The translations under genes were made by a program, and so were the position numbers. Positions 37,069 through 46,536 of a stretch of DNA of 64,000 nt are shown piece after piece. The stretch spans positions 32,001-96,000 of IMG/VR virus record IMGVR_UViG_3300049144_000095, one strand, 5' to 3'. Position 1 is the stretch's first letter; every line of letters begins with the position of its first letter. This stretch comes from a virus. Taxonomy: Duplodnaviria > Caudoviricetes. The notes under the pieces are model-generated. The model did not search any database. It worked only from the letters and a program-made list of their open reading frames with translations, and was not told the origin of the DNA.

Positions 37069-38175
37069 CTACACAGTGAACTGTTCGACAAGGTCTGCGT
37101 AGACGTCAACAGCCGACTCGGCATGCTTGGCTCGCCTGGCCTCCATGTTCCTCATCTGGACGTACCTAAGTGTTGTCTCGATGCGGGCGTGATCGGCGTA
37201 GTCCTGGATCTCCTCCAGATCAACCCCCTCGTCGTGCATGTGAGTGAGTCGCGCTTTCCGGAGTACGTGCGGAGTCACGTCGCGGCCAGGCAGCACACCC
37301 GCTTCTTTGCCGAGCCTGGTGAGCAGCCGGTCGATTGCGTGCCGGTCCATCGGCTTGCTGTCGCCATCCACCAGGAGGTGACCCTCGGTACGTCCGTCGA
37401 GGGCTACCAGGAAGAGGTCCCGCAGCCTGTCAGGGATGGGCCACAAGCGCCTCTTGCTGCGCTTGCGGGTCAGGGCCAGGTACCACTTGCCGTCTACGAT
37501 CCGACGCTGAGAGATGGTGGCGGTGCAGCACTCGGAAACCCGTCCCGCCACTGTGTAGATCAAGGCCGGAACGACCGCCTCGCGGGCAGTCTTGGCGGCC
37601 TTGATGACGCGCCGGTACTCGTGCACCTCCAGCAGCGGGGTGGCCGTTGTCTCGTCGAACGGATCAACCTTCGGCCGGTCGTACTTGGTAACCGGGGATA
37701 CGAGCCTGTCGTCCTTCAGCTTCCAGGCGGCGTACCGCGTGAAGGAAGTTAGTGCGGACAGGCGACGGTTTATCGTCCGAGGGGATGCGTTCTTCGCCTT
37801 CTGTGCCTTGGTCCATGTCTCGATCATTTCCATGGAGATGCAGCCCAGGAAAAAGCGTTCGTGACCGCCGAGTTCCCGGGCAACCCCAGCCCACAGTCTG
37901 ATGTCGTCGGCGTAGTGCCGTTTTGACTCCAGGGCGGGCACTGCATCGGAGCCGAGCCAGGACATGACGAGCAGGAAGGTCTCGCGCTCACACAGCTCGG
38001 CCAGCCACTCGATCCGGTGCTTGCGTGGACCGAGCCTCCGTGTCTTCGGATCGCGCGGAGCGACTGTGCCAAGCACTTGGAACAGCCACTCTGCGGCATC
38101 CTCGGCGAGACCATTCCCTGCAACCAGCTCTGCATGGTGGACAGTTGCCAGGTCGCCGACTTTTGCTGTTGGCAC
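37069..38175 (-). CDS. Tyrosine recombinase (XerC/D-like or integrase)
   Basis: Catalytic R (AGRVSE), K (TRKRSK), HxxR (PHVLRK), H (ADHA) and Y (TTLRY) all present. Confidence 0.92.
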   Translation of the reverse strand: MPTAKVGDLATVHHAELVAGNGLAEDAAEWLFQVLGTVAPRDPKTRRLGPRKHRIEWLAELCERETFLLVMSWLGSDAVPALESKRHYADDIRLWAGVARELGGHERFFLGCISMEMIETWTKAQKAKNASPRTINRRLSALTSFTRYAAWKLKDDRLVSPVTKYDRPKVDPFDETTATPLLEVHEYRRVIKAAKTAREAVVPALIYTVAGRVSECCTATISQRRIVDGKWYLALTRKRSKRRLWPIPDRLRDLFLVALDGRTEGHLLVDGDSKPMDRHAIDRLLTRLGKEAGVLPGRDVTPHVLRKARLTHMHDEGVDLEEIQDYADHARIETTLRYVQMRNMEARRAKHAESAVDVYADLVEQFTV

Positions 38176-38177
38176 CC

Positions 38178-38459
38178 TTACAGCAGTCCTTCGGGGAGCG
38201 GAGTCGGCTTGCTCGCCAGAAGCTTCTCGCGGCGGTCGGTCATGTTGATGAGTCCGCCCTGGCGCTCAAGGGTGAGCTGGTCGAAGAACTGAGCGTCCCC
38301 CCACGTGAGTTGCTTGTGCATCAGAGCATCTTCCTCGGTGCTTCCTTCGAGGGGCACCCAGGCGGCGGTGCACCATGCCCCTTCCTCGACATGGAACTTG
38401 TGCAGGCGGCCATGGTCGAAGCACCAGGCGAACGTGAAGACGGCCTCCGTGTCAGACAT
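38178..38459 (-). CDS. Hypothetical protein
   Basis: 93 aa, 2 nt upstream of the recombinase; GAGG RBS. Confidence 0.65.
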   Translation of the reverse strand: MSDTEAVFTFAWCFDHGRLHKFHVEEGAWCTAAWVPLEGSTEEDALMHKQLTWGDAQFFDQLTLERQGGLINMTDRREKLLASKPTPLPEGLL

Positions 38460-38568
38460 ATCGAACCTCTGTTCCCTTCTCTAGTCGGCGCTTAATACAG
38501 ATTATGCGCTTCGCCAGAAGCCGTTGTGCGAGTTGGCGCGCAAGTCCACTCAACCGTTACCCAGTCCA

Positions 38569-38597
38569 TTGACCTTGTGTAGAGATCGATACATACT
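38569..38597 (+). promoter_or_regulatory. Housekeeping-sigma-type promoter for the PadR-like gene
   Basis: TTGACC-N17-CATACT, 6 nt before the GTG at 38604. Confidence 0.6.
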
Positions 38598-38603
38598 GAG
38601 GGG

Positions 38604-38918
38604 GTGACGCTTCCACGTATGACCCAGGCAACCGTCTCGATCCTGGAAGCACTCCTCCAGGCCGAGCGTGACCATCCGGCAGAATCCCTCTGGGGCCTGA
38701 GGGTCTGCCAGGTAACCGAGCTGATGCCCGGCACGGTCTATCCGGTGCTCATCCGACTGACCCGGCTCGGCTGGGTAGAGGTGAGCGAGGAGACCGGAGT
38801 GCACCCCGGTCGCCCGCCACGCAAGTACTACCGGTTCACGGACGAGGGCCGCATTCTCGCCGAAGCCTCACTAGAGCACCGAAGGGTGCAGAGGGCGCGA
38901 ATCGCAGGCAGGGGCTAA
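38604..38918 (+). CDS. PadR-like transcriptional regulator
   Basis: WGLRVCQVTELMPGTVYPVLIRLTRLGWVE...RPPRKYYRFTDEG. Confidence 0.88.
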   Translation: MTLPRMTQATVSILEALLQAERDHPAESLWGLRVCQVTELMPGTVYPVLIRLTRLGWVEVSEETGVHPGRPPRKYYRFTDEGRILAEASLEHRRVQRARIAGRG

Positions 38919-39128
38919 ACGGCAATTCACTCGATCGGGTGTGCGGCCTCCGAGACGCTTCAAGCTTCCGCCGGTCTCGGGTAGAACTGACGTGCCCGCG
39001 AAGGGTGCTGGTCGGCGGGGTTCACCGTCCCCCAACGTGCCGGGCCCCGCCGACCCGATCCTTCGCCAAGTACCCTACGTGCGACGTGTGTTGCGTGCAC
39101 TGAATGGCCTGGGCCGCTATGGTGAAGT

Positions 39129-39422
39129 ATGGATACCTCCCCACATGTCGACCCGAATGCCGATCACCCGGCTTGCGGCATCTGTCCTTCGCGGCGCTTT
39201 CCCCGCTCAGGGTTCGCAGTATTCGACCGGCCCACGCGTGCCGCTCCGTTCAACCCCGACGACGGTTACCGGTATACCGCCGACGGGGTTCCGGCTTGCG
39301 TGCATCCGGACAGAATCGGACTTGAGCCGGACCGGACGGCGCCCCCGCCGGAGCCGGTCGAACCTGAACCTACGCCTGCGCCTCGGCGAAGCCGATGGCG
39401 CTGGTCATCCCGCGCTCGGTGA
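39129..39422 (+). CDS. Hypothetical protein
   Basis: CGICP...PFNPDDGYRYTADGVPACVHP; convergent with and overlapping the next ORF. Confidence 0.55.
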   Translation: MDTSPHVDPNADHPACGICPSRRFPRSGFAVFDRPTRAAPFNPDDGYRYTADGVPACVHPDRIGLEPDRTAPPPEPVEPEPTPAPRRSRWRWSSRAR

Positions 39423-39960
39423 TGCCGATCCCCGCGTACAGCCCGTCGAGGATCACGCGGCGGCGCTCGGCCTCGTCCGCGTCGATCCAGTACCGGCTGT
39501 CGATGGGGCCGAAGGCCGTCTCGTACGCCTGCTGAGTGTAGTCCCCGCTGCGGTACGGGGTGTTCAGCAGGTGCTCGTTCACCGTGCTGTGCACGAAGGG
39601 GTGGCCGGTGCGCTCCTGGATCCTGGACAGGGCCGTGAACTGTGCGCAGAGCGCGTGGCTGGTGACGTCGAGCGGCACCGGCACGGGCAGCTCGGCGGCG
39701 ACCTCGTCGCCCGTCAGCTCGTACACGGCGCTCTTGAGGGCCATGACCCGGATGGTCCCGTGGATGAGGTGCGCGGCGTCACGCTGGACGGAGTACTCGG
39801 GGATGAGCGGTCCGCCGTAGAAGTCGTCCCAGTCGGAGTTGTACTTGGTGCACCCGTCGAGGACGGCCCCCATCTCGGGGTCGGCCAGCCAGTCGTCGAG
39901 GATGGCGCGGGCTCGCTGGGCCGTTTCCTCGGGCGCTGGACGCGTGAGGGTAGCAGACAC
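39370..39960 (-). CDS. Hypothetical protein resembling Streptomyces genomic-island proteins
   Basis: GAAAGG RBS before the GTG at 39960; ALKSAVYELTGDE...HALCAQFT...RYWID. Confidence 0.7.
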   Translation of the reverse strand: MSATLTRPAPEETAQRARAILDDWLADPEMGAVLDGCTKYNSDWDDFYGGPLIPEYSVQRDAAHLIHGTIRVMALKSAVYELTGDEVAAELPVPVPLDVTSHALCAQFTALSRIQERTGHPFVHSTVNEHLLNTPYRSGDYTQQAYETAFGPIDSRYWIDADEAERRRVILDGLYAGIGITERGMTSAIGFAEAQA

Positions 39961-39997
39961 GGATGTGCCTTTCGTCTCGTGATGGCGGGCCCTGATT

Positions 39998-40009
39998 GGG
40001 CCTAGGCCA
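39998..40009. promoter_or_regulatory. Palindromic box GGGCCTAGGCCA
   Basis: One mismatch to YGRCCTAGGYCR; intergenic, upstream of the ORF starting at 39960. Confidence 0.55.
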
Positions 40010-40249
40010 ACCATGCCTGCGAACTTAGATCGTTAGGAAGGGGTTCGCCGGAAACTGCGAAACCAGTTAACGGAGTTGACGAGAAAATCGCTGTTCCCGA
40101 TATGTCCAATGGTCATACAACCATCTGCACGTCTGGCGAGTCTCCTGGGGTCAGGGGCTACAGTTGGCACGACTGGTCAGCCCCGGTCCGAAGCAAACAG
40201 ATGTGACCCGCATCGCGATCGTCACATCATTCGCACCAGATGAGGGATC

Positions 40250-40543
40250 GTGCACGACATGGACTTCTTCTGCGGCCCTGCGGTACTTCATCTGGATGGA
40301 GAAGTGCTCAGCGCATACGCCTTCGTGGACTCGGCCCGTGACCGCAACTACGAGGACTGGGGCGGGTACATCGAGGTCGACGGTTACTCGGACGTCATTC
40401 GCTTCCGTGCCTTCGGGAGCCTCAACGTCTACCTCCAGATACCCGGAGCCTCGGCGCGCGATATCGAGATCTCCAGCACTGAACCCGACGGGCTGGTCTT
40501 CCGGGGCCTGGGCTCGTCCCCTCTTCCCGTTGCTGCGGAGTGA
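40250..40543 (+). CDS. Hypothetical beta-rich protein (possibly DUF4873-like)
   Basis: GAGGG RBS; FCGPAVLHLDG...WGGYIE. Confidence 0.55.
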   Translation: MHDMDFFCGPAVLHLDGEVLSAYAFVDSARDRNYEDWGGYIEVDGYSDVIRFRAFGSLNVYLQIPGASARDIEISSTEPDGLVFRGLGSSPLPVAAE

Positions 40544-40634
40544 GTTGCGGAAACCGGTTGACCGACCTGTTCTTTCCTGAAGGCGGCCATCTTTCGATTA
40601 CGGCCTGACCTTCGACCACCCATCAGGAGAGTTC

Positions 40635-41420
40635 ATGCGCCAAGTGCAGCCCAAGGTCCGCCTGATCGGACGTCCGAGTCTCGACTACGACGAGGTTGCC
40701 GCTTACCTCAAGGAAGTCGGAGGAGAGAGTTGGCTCGAACGGCTGGACAGGGGCGAACTGGATGACGCTCAGAACCTCGGAGAATTCGCCGGACGCATCT
40801 GCTATCGCTCCTGGCGGCCGGGGCTGAACTCGAACGTAACCCGGGTGCGCACCGACCAGGATGAGTACCTGGCGAACATCCTCTCCAGTGCCCACGGCAG
40901 CGTTCTGGAGCACCTGAACTTCAACTTCATCTTCCAGGACGTAAGTCGTGTCTTGACGCACGAGCAGGTCCGGCACCGCGTCGGCACGGCCATATCGCAG
41001 GAGAGCCTGCGATTCGTCCGCCTGGACGACATCTCCTTCTGGTTCCCCGAGTGGGCGCGGGAAGACGACGAGCTGTACGAGCGGGCCCTGCGAATGCTCG
41101 GACAGATGGAGGACTTCCAGGTGTGGATGGCCGAACACTTCGGCCTCGACGACGACGGACGGACCTTCGCGTACAAGAAGCACAGGACATCCTTCATGCG
41201 CAGGTTCGCACCGGAAGGGCTGGCGACGTCCCTCGCCTGGACGGCGAACGTAAGGACATTGCGGCACGTCATCGAGTCTCGCACCGCCGAAGGGGCGGAA
41301 GAGGAGATCCGTATCGTCTTCGGCAAGGTCGGCGAGCTGATGAAGAAGGAAGCCCCCGCCCTCTTCGGTGACTACACGATCGAGGACGGGGCCTGGGTTC
41401 CCGGCTGGCGCAAGGTGTGA
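40635..41420 (+). CDS. thyX: FAD-dependent thymidylate synthase
   Basis: HGSVLEH, SRVLTHEQVRHR..ISQESLRFV ThyX motif, NVRTLRH..R...AEEEIR. Confidence 0.95.
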   Translation: MRQVQPKVRLIGRPSLDYDEVAAYLKEVGGESWLERLDRGELDDAQNLGEFAGRICYRSWRPGLNSNVTRVRTDQDEYLANILSSAHGSVLEHLNFNFIFQDVSRVLTHEQVRHRVGTAISQESLRFVRLDDISFWFPEWAREDDELYERALRMLGQMEDFQVWMAEHFGLDDDGRTFAYKKHRTSFMRRFAPEGLATSLAWTANVRTLRHVIESRTAEGAEEEIRIVFGKVGELMKKEAPALFGDYTIEDGAWVPGWRKV

Positions 41421-41424
41421 TTCG

Positions 41425-41682
41425 TCAGAAGAGCGTCACCGTGCCCGGTTCGACTTCGACCCCTTCCTCCTCGAAGACCTCCTGCACGTAGGCGGCATCG
41501 ACCGCCTGGACGTGCTGCATGGAGCCAGGGCAGAGCACGAGGGACCTTGGCTCCTGCTTGTGGTCGTGGACACTGACTATGCCGATCCCCGTGGTGGGGA
41601 TCCCTGCCACCGGCTGGTCGCACACCGGGCACCGTACGCGGGGATACTTCGCCACCACCACAGGATCGGGCCTCCTCGGCAT
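41425..41682 (-). CDS. Small zinc-binding hypothetical protein
   Basis: RCPVC...HDH...CPGS. Confidence 0.55.
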   Translation of the reverse strand: MPRRPDPVVVAKYPRVRCPVCDQPVAGIPTTGIGIVSVHDHKQEPRSLVLCPGSMQHVQAVDAAYVQEVFEEEGVEVEPGTVTLF

Positions 41683-41770
41683 TTCGGACAGACCAGGAAT
41701 CGCCATTCCGGCACTTCCCTGCCAAGAGTGTTGCAGACGGGAGAGGTTGCCCGGCGGAGCGCCGGTCCGA

Positions 41771-41983
41771 TCAGCCGGGTCCACCTCCAGGTCCCCACGG
41801 GGTGCCGCAGGAGCGGCAGTACAGATATCCGGCGTATCCGCTGATGCCGCCCTCGCGGTTCAGGCACACGGCGGCACATTTTCCCCTCAGCTCGAACCAA
41901 GCCTCCCCGCATCGACAGGTTGCCCCGTCGTACCCCTCGGGACCGTGCGGGCGCCGGTGGTCGTCCAGATTGATCACTGTCAT
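41771..41983 (-). CDS. Small zinc-ribbon hypothetical protein
   Basis: CRCG...CRSCG; 70 aa. Confidence 0.55.
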   Translation of the reverse strand: MTVINLDDHRRPHGPEGYDGATCRCGEAWFELRGKCAAVCLNREGGISGYAGYLYCRSCGTPWGPGGGPG

Positions 41984-42303
41984 GACTCAAGCGTCAGATA
42001 CGGTCCGTCGCCCCTCCAAGGGGAAACGGTGAAAAATCTCGACGCTAGGCGCATCCGGCTGACGGGAACGACCGGAAGGTGATGCGTCCGAGGAGGCGTC
42101 AGGGTCGGCCCTTCACGCAGTGCGAATCACCCCAGAGCGTGGGGCCGTTGCGATGCAAGGTGTCCTCTCCGTGCTTCCTGAGTTCGCAGATGACCGGCGG
42201 TCCGGGGAGATCGAGTCGTGCCAGGCAGTCCCGGTCCACATCGCGGAGATAGGAAGATCGTTCTGGCATGTCTCGATCATACGTATGTGGCAGCCTTGTC
42301 CGC

Positions 42304-42498
42304 ATGGCTCGCATGCTGGGAACTTTCGAACGCTCATGGTGCCCGAAGTGCAAAGGGCCAGCGGGGCCGGACTGCCCGGACGTGTCCATGCGGAAGAGGT
42401 CACGCAAGGCCCAGGAGAGGCGTGAGTGGTGCGCCGAGGCTCGTACGTACCTCCAGCGTTCACAGGCCGCCAATGACGTGGAGGCGTCCGCCTCGTAG
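42304..42498 (+). CDS. Small hypothetical protein
   Basis: MARMLG...CPKC...CPD...RKAQERREW. Confidence 0.5.
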   Translation: MARMLGTFERSWCPKCKGPAGPDCPDVSMRKRSRKAQERREWCAEARTYLQRSQAANDVEASAS

Positions 42499-42623
42499 GC
42501 GTTGAAACCGGTACACCCGGCATCCCCCTCCGGTCCATCCAGCCGTTCCCGCACCAGTGTGCAATATGAGCAACATGATGACTGGGTAGGGTTCTTCACG
42601 TTCGGGCAGCCACACCCTATGAT

Positions 42624-42635
42624 CGGCCTAGGCCG
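42624..42635. promoter_or_regulatory. Palindromic box CGGCCTAGGCCG
   Basis: Perfect palindrome immediately after a plus-strand TATGAT (42618-42623). Confidence 0.6.
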
Positions 42636-42644
42636 CCCGTGGAG

Positions 42645-43034
42645 CTACATCGCCCCCCGGGTTCTGAGTTCGTCCAGCATGAGGTTGATCTCCGCATGCA
42701 GGGCGGCCTCGGAGAATCTGTCGCCGCCGGGAATCGCATAGTTCCGGAGGGTCTGTACCGCTTCGGTCAGCATCTCCTTCAACGTGTCGGTGGGCAAGCC
42801 GTGAACGGCCTGGTCGAAGTCGTCGTCGGCCCCCCCGGTGAGCGTGTTGAAGATGTCAAACGTAGGTTCGGTTTTGTAGGCGCACGACGGAATGGATTCA
42901 GCAGCCAATGGGATGGGCTCCAATCGCAGCGGGGCGCCTGTCTGGGGCTCCCCTACATCGAACACTAGTTCGACGAATGAGGGAACCCGGTTTCCTGGAC
43001 CGCGCCTGGATGACACGTCGAGACAGGTGTGCAC
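42645..43034 (-). CDS. Hypothetical protein
   Basis: 129-aa acidic ORF; start uncertain. Confidence 0.45.
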   Translation of the reverse strand: MHTCLDVSSRRGPGNRVPSFVELVFDVGEPQTGAPLRLEPIPLAAESIPSCAYKTEPTFDIFNTLTGGADDDFDQAVHGLPTDTLKEMLTEAVQTLRNYAIPGGDRFSEAALHAEINLMLDELRTRGAM

Positions 43035-43194
43035 ACAGTTACGTTTGTGTCACCCTGCGATCATCTTCCAACCGGACTTGCGTGTCAACTAAAGTGTCCA
43101 GCCGGGAGGATGGGTCTGCGGCCCCCCTGGGGCAAGGGCACGAAGAGCGCCGTCTGCCCGCGCCACCGATGCCCCTCAGGAGAGCCGAGATCGG

Positions 43195-43695
43195 ATGCTG
43201 ACACTCGCAGCCAAGCTGAAGCATCTGGTCCGGCGCCTGTCCCCCGACCAGCCGTTCTCTGAGCGCCATCTGTCTGCGGCCGTCAGGGAGCTGCCTGGGC
43301 ACACGCGTGGAGGGTCCCGTACGGCCATCAACAAGCTGCTCCGGGGCATTGACGACAATCCCACGGTCGTGACCCTCATGGCGCTTGCTCAAGTCCTCGG
43401 GGCCCCAGCGCCCTTCCTCCTCCCTGGCTGGGACGACCTCACGGCTCTTTCGGTTCTCCAGAGGCGGCCCCAGGCGGTCGAGATCCTGCGACACCTGGAC
43501 GGGGTCCCCGAGGCAGACCTCCGCGATCTACTCGAAGACATAAAAAAGCGACGAATGGAACTCGGGTTGCCGCAGACCGTGGACCCGGTCCACATTGATC
43601 CGCACGATCAGAACGAGACCGACCCGCACGACCCCAGAAGGCGCAGCCCCAAGGACTCCGCCAGGTATGCGGCAGACTCCCTGGAAGGGACCTGA
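43195..43695 (+). CDS. XRE-family HTH regulator, EspR-like
   Basis: TLAAKLKHL...SRTAINKLLRGIDDNPTVVTLMALAQVLGAP. Confidence 0.8.
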   Translation: MLTLAAKLKHLVRRLSPDQPFSERHLSAAVRELPGHTRGGSRTAINKLLRGIDDNPTVVTLMALAQVLGAPAPFLLPGWDDLTALSVLQRRPQAVEILRHLDGVPEADLRDLLEDIKKRRMELGLPQTVDPVHIDPHDQNETDPHDPRRRSPKDSARYAADSLEGT

Positions 43696-43698
43696 GAA

Positions 43699-44469
43699 TT
43701 GAGCAGCACGGCCACACCGCTCGACGGCGTCATATTCGGAACCTGCACCGGACTTGGGGTTGTCGTCACAGCCCTCTGCGCCTACCGGGCCAGGATGAAG
43801 CCGACTGTCGCCACGCGGTGCATCACCCTCGCCTTCGGTATTTGTACCGTAGGAGTCTTCTTTGCCGTTCCCGCCGTGGCCAGCAGGACCGAGGAGATCA
43901 CGGGGATCGATAACCTGCCGAAGCTCATCGCCCACACCTGTGCAATCCTCTGGTGCGTCAGTCTTCAGCTAGCGATGGTCGATATCGCGTACGCACCGAC
44001 GTACCTCCGTGTCGCAGTCATGCGCAGGAGTTTCGTAGCGGTTGCCGTCCTGGCCGCCATGATTCCCATATGGCTCAGCACCAACCAGTCCGGACTGGAC
44101 TTCACGACGGCTCACGCCAAGAATCCCGCCGTCAGGGTCTACCTGATTCTGTACCTGCTCTACACATTCTTCACGTGCACGGAGCTGGCCTTCATGTGCG
44201 CCAAGAGTGCCACCTACAACTGGCCCGGCCGCCCGTGGAGCAGTTTCGGGTACGGTGCCTCCGCCGTCGCCGCAGTATTCGGGCTCGCCTACTCCGTCTC
44301 CCGGGGCGGCTACCTGGTCGCCTACACGGCAGGGCATCCCTGGTCTTTGGAGCTGGAGGAGAAGATGTCCCCACTGCTCGCCGGAGTTGCCATCCTCTTC
44401 CTCTTCGTCGGCCTCACGCTCCCCCTCGTCGGAACTCTCCTCAAGGGGCGGAAAATGAGCACAAGCTGA
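43699..44469 (+). CDS. Multi-pass membrane protein (about 7 TM), MAB_1171c-like
   Basis: About seven hydrophobic helices; GIDNLPKLIAH; Y..VYLILYLLY; 3 nt after the XRE gene. Confidence 0.7.
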   Translation: MSSTATPLDGVIFGTCTGLGVVVTALCAYRARMKPTVATRCITLAFGICTVGVFFAVPAVASRTEEITGIDNLPKLIAHTCAILWCVSLQLAMVDIAYAPTYLRVAVMRRSFVAVAVLAAMIPIWLSTNQSGLDFTTAHAKNPAVRVYLILYLLYTFFTCTELAFMCAKSATYNWPGRPWSSFGYGASAVAAVFGLAYSVSRGGYLVAYTAGHPWSLELEEKMSPLLAGVAILFLFVGLTLPLVGTLLKGRKMSTS

Positions 44470-44534
44470 CCCCTGAACAATCCGGAGAACCCCTCGTATG
44501 ATCGGTAGCCGAACTCGTCAGTGAACGAAAGAGG

Positions 44535-44801
44535 TTGCCGGTCATGGAGGAACCCAAAGACGCCAGCGCCGGGCAGACCCAGACTGTGCCCGACTTCCGC
44601 AGAGAGCTGACCTCGCTGCTGAACCGGCACTCCCGGGAAGCCGGTTCCGACACTCCGGACTTCATCCTCGCCGGTTATCTGCTCGGATGCCTGGAGAACT
44701 TCGACCGCTGCGTAGCCGCGCGCGAGCGGTGGTACGACATCAAGAAAAGCCCGGCAGAGTTGTATGCCGCAGGCATGCCGGAAAGGGTACGCAAGTCGTG
44801 A
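44535..44801 (+). CDS. Conserved phage hypothetical protein
   Basis: FRRELTSLLNRHSREAGSDTPDFILAGYL...ARERWY. Confidence 0.7.
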   Translation: MPVMEEPKDASAGQTQTVPDFRRELTSLLNRHSREAGSDTPDFILAGYLLGCLENFDRCVAARERWYDIKKSPAELYAAGMPERVRKS

Positions 44802-45115
44802 CCCGCCGGATCAGCGCAGCCTACGCAGGTGTCACCGCCCTGCTCTTCCTGGGTGTCGCCGCATGCCAGTCCGGAGCAAGCGGCCAGTCCGAGAAGCCGT
44901 CCAGCTCCTCCATTGCCACCGCTCACGCCGACCTCGACTCTGCCGCACGGCGCTGGTCCCGCCTTGACCGGTCCACTCAGGATCTCGTGTGCCTTCAGGC
45001 TCTGGAGCGCGGCGGCCCCGACTACCAAGGCATGCTGCGTGAGCTGACCACGGCTGACATCTCCCAGCCGGAAGCTGCCGCCATGCTTCCGTACGCCGCC
45101 AACGAGTGCCACTGA
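44798..45115 (+). CDS. Putative lipoprotein
   Basis: Basic N-terminus, hydrophobic stretch and lipobox VAAC. Confidence 0.65.
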   Translation: MTRRISAAYAGVTALLFLGVAACQSGASGQSEKPSSSSIATAHADLDSAARRWSRLDRSTQDLVCLQALERGGPDYQGMLRELTTADISQPEAAAMLPYAANECH

Positions 45116-45125
45116 CCGAACGCGC

Positions 45126-45299
45126 ATGAGCCGCATCCACGTCTCACCGATCGGTGATCTGATCGAGCACGACCTGGAGTCCGAGGACTGCGTCTGCGGG
45201 CCCCTGGTACGGCCTGAGAAGCGCGAGGACGGATCGGTTGGATGGGTGGTGCTCCATCACTCCCTGGACGGTCGAGAGCGCCACGAGGACGCTGAATGA
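45126..45299 (+). CDS. Small hypothetical protein (57 aa)
   Basis: MSRIHVSPIGDLIEHD...CVCGP...HHSLDGRE; below the ORF-track length cutoff. Confidence 0.6.
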   Translation: MSRIHVSPIGDLIEHDLESEDCVCGPLVRPEKREDGSVGWVVLHHSLDGRERHEDAE

Positions 45300-45529
45300 G
45301 GGTCGCTGAGAACTGGGTGTGCCCGTCATGTCTGCGGATCCGGACTCCGTGGCACTGGCTGCTGCGCAGGCTCGGCCACTGCTTCGACTGGTACGGGTAA
45401 GGAGAAAGCCCCGGCATCGGCTGGACAGCTCGATACCGGGGTTCCGTCTATACCGGGTTCCCGTTCCCCCGTTGGCGGCGTCAGGCTTCGCAGACCCACG
45501 AAGTCGCCGGTATACGGCACTTCTTCGCC

Positions 45530-45958
45530 TCAGGCGTCTCTCTCTCTTTCCTCGCCCTTCGAGTCAAAAGAGAGCAGGTCGCCCAGGCTCTCCGCTGCCC
45601 GCCTCTCGGCGGCTTCCTGTCGCATGCGACGCTCCCGGGCTCCCCGCAGGGCAGCCTGGCGCGCGTGCCCGCGCAGGCGGAGGTGGTCCCTGGAGTACTC
45701 CCCGCCATGGACGCCCGGCGGCAGCTCGGGCTGGTGGATGTTCGCGAAGTCCGCCGACAGGGCGGTCTCCACCTTCCAGGTGACGCCCTTGAGGTCGTCG
45801 GCGGTGGGTTCCCCGTCGGCGAAGCCTGGAGCCACCGTGGCCCAGTACTCGGCCAGAGCGAGGGCGTACGTCCGGTGATCCGGCTTGTCGTCGGCTGCGG
45901 CCAGGATGTCGACGATCCACTCGGCTCGCTGCTTGTCGCTGTACCGGTAGGCCGTCAT
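45530..45958 (-). CDS. Hypothetical protein
   Basis: ATGA coupling with the upstream ORF. Confidence 0.6.
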   Translation of the reverse strand: MTAYRYSDKQRAEWIVDILAAADDKPDHRTYALALAEYWATVAPGFADGEPTADDLKGVTWKVETALSADFANIHQPELPPGVHGGEYSRDHLRLRGHARQAALRGARERRMRQEAAERRAAESLGDLLSFDSKGEERERDA

Positions 45959-46224
45959 TCTCGCCCTTCCCCGGAGGCCTTCACGCGGAAGGAGCGGCGA
46001 CGCACTCCGGTAACCCATCCTTCACTGCCGAACTTCTTGGGCACTCCGGCCAGGTGTACCAGGTACGCCACCCCGTCGGGGTAGTTCACCTCAGGGTCCG
46101 GTGTGCCCGGGTGCGGCTCCTGATGGTCGACGATCTCGTAGTCCTGGTTCCTGTACTCGATGATCGTGCCCGGGGAGACCGGCGGATCGCCCGGCTTGTA
46201 GTCGGTCTTGTCTTCGTTGCTCAT
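45955..46224 (-). CDS. Hypothetical protein
   Basis: GGAGAGG RBS; ATGA coupling. Confidence 0.65.
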   Translation of the reverse strand: MSNEDKTDYKPGDPPVSPGTIIEYRNQDYEIVDHQEPHPGTPDPEVNYPDGVAYLVHLAGVPKKFGSEGWVTGVRRRSFRVKASGEGRE

Positions 46225-46505
46225 GACCGCCTCTCCTTTCCGGAGGGTTCAACCCTCAGATCTTTCAGTCCGTACTCGCGCATGATCTCGGACCCGGCCT
46301 CGATGAGGGCTGCTGCCATCTCCTCGCTCATGGCGTCGAGCAACTTGCCGTGCCGGGGGTCGTCCGGATCGTGACCCTGCTCCACAAGGAGATCAGCGGC
46401 CAAATCGCGGATGCCGTCCACGGGCGAGAAGTAGTGTCGCTTGAGGTGTTCGTACCTCTCACGCGAAACGATGATGATCGACGGATCCAGATGTCCGCAC
46501 CTCAT
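46221..46505 (-). CDS. Hypothetical protein
   Basis: 94 aa, coupled to the next ORF. Confidence 0.55.
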   Translation of the reverse strand: MRCGHLDPSIIIVSRERYEHLKRHYFSPVDGIRDLAADLLVEQGHDPDDPRHGKLLDAMSEEMAAALIEAGSEIMREYGLKDLRVEPSGKERRS

Positions 46506-46536
46506 GACTTACTCACCCTCCCCTTTCGATCACCTT

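Noticed and set aside
36970-38600. attP with tRNA homology near the recombinase
   Set aside because: No tRNA 3'-end-like core visible on either side
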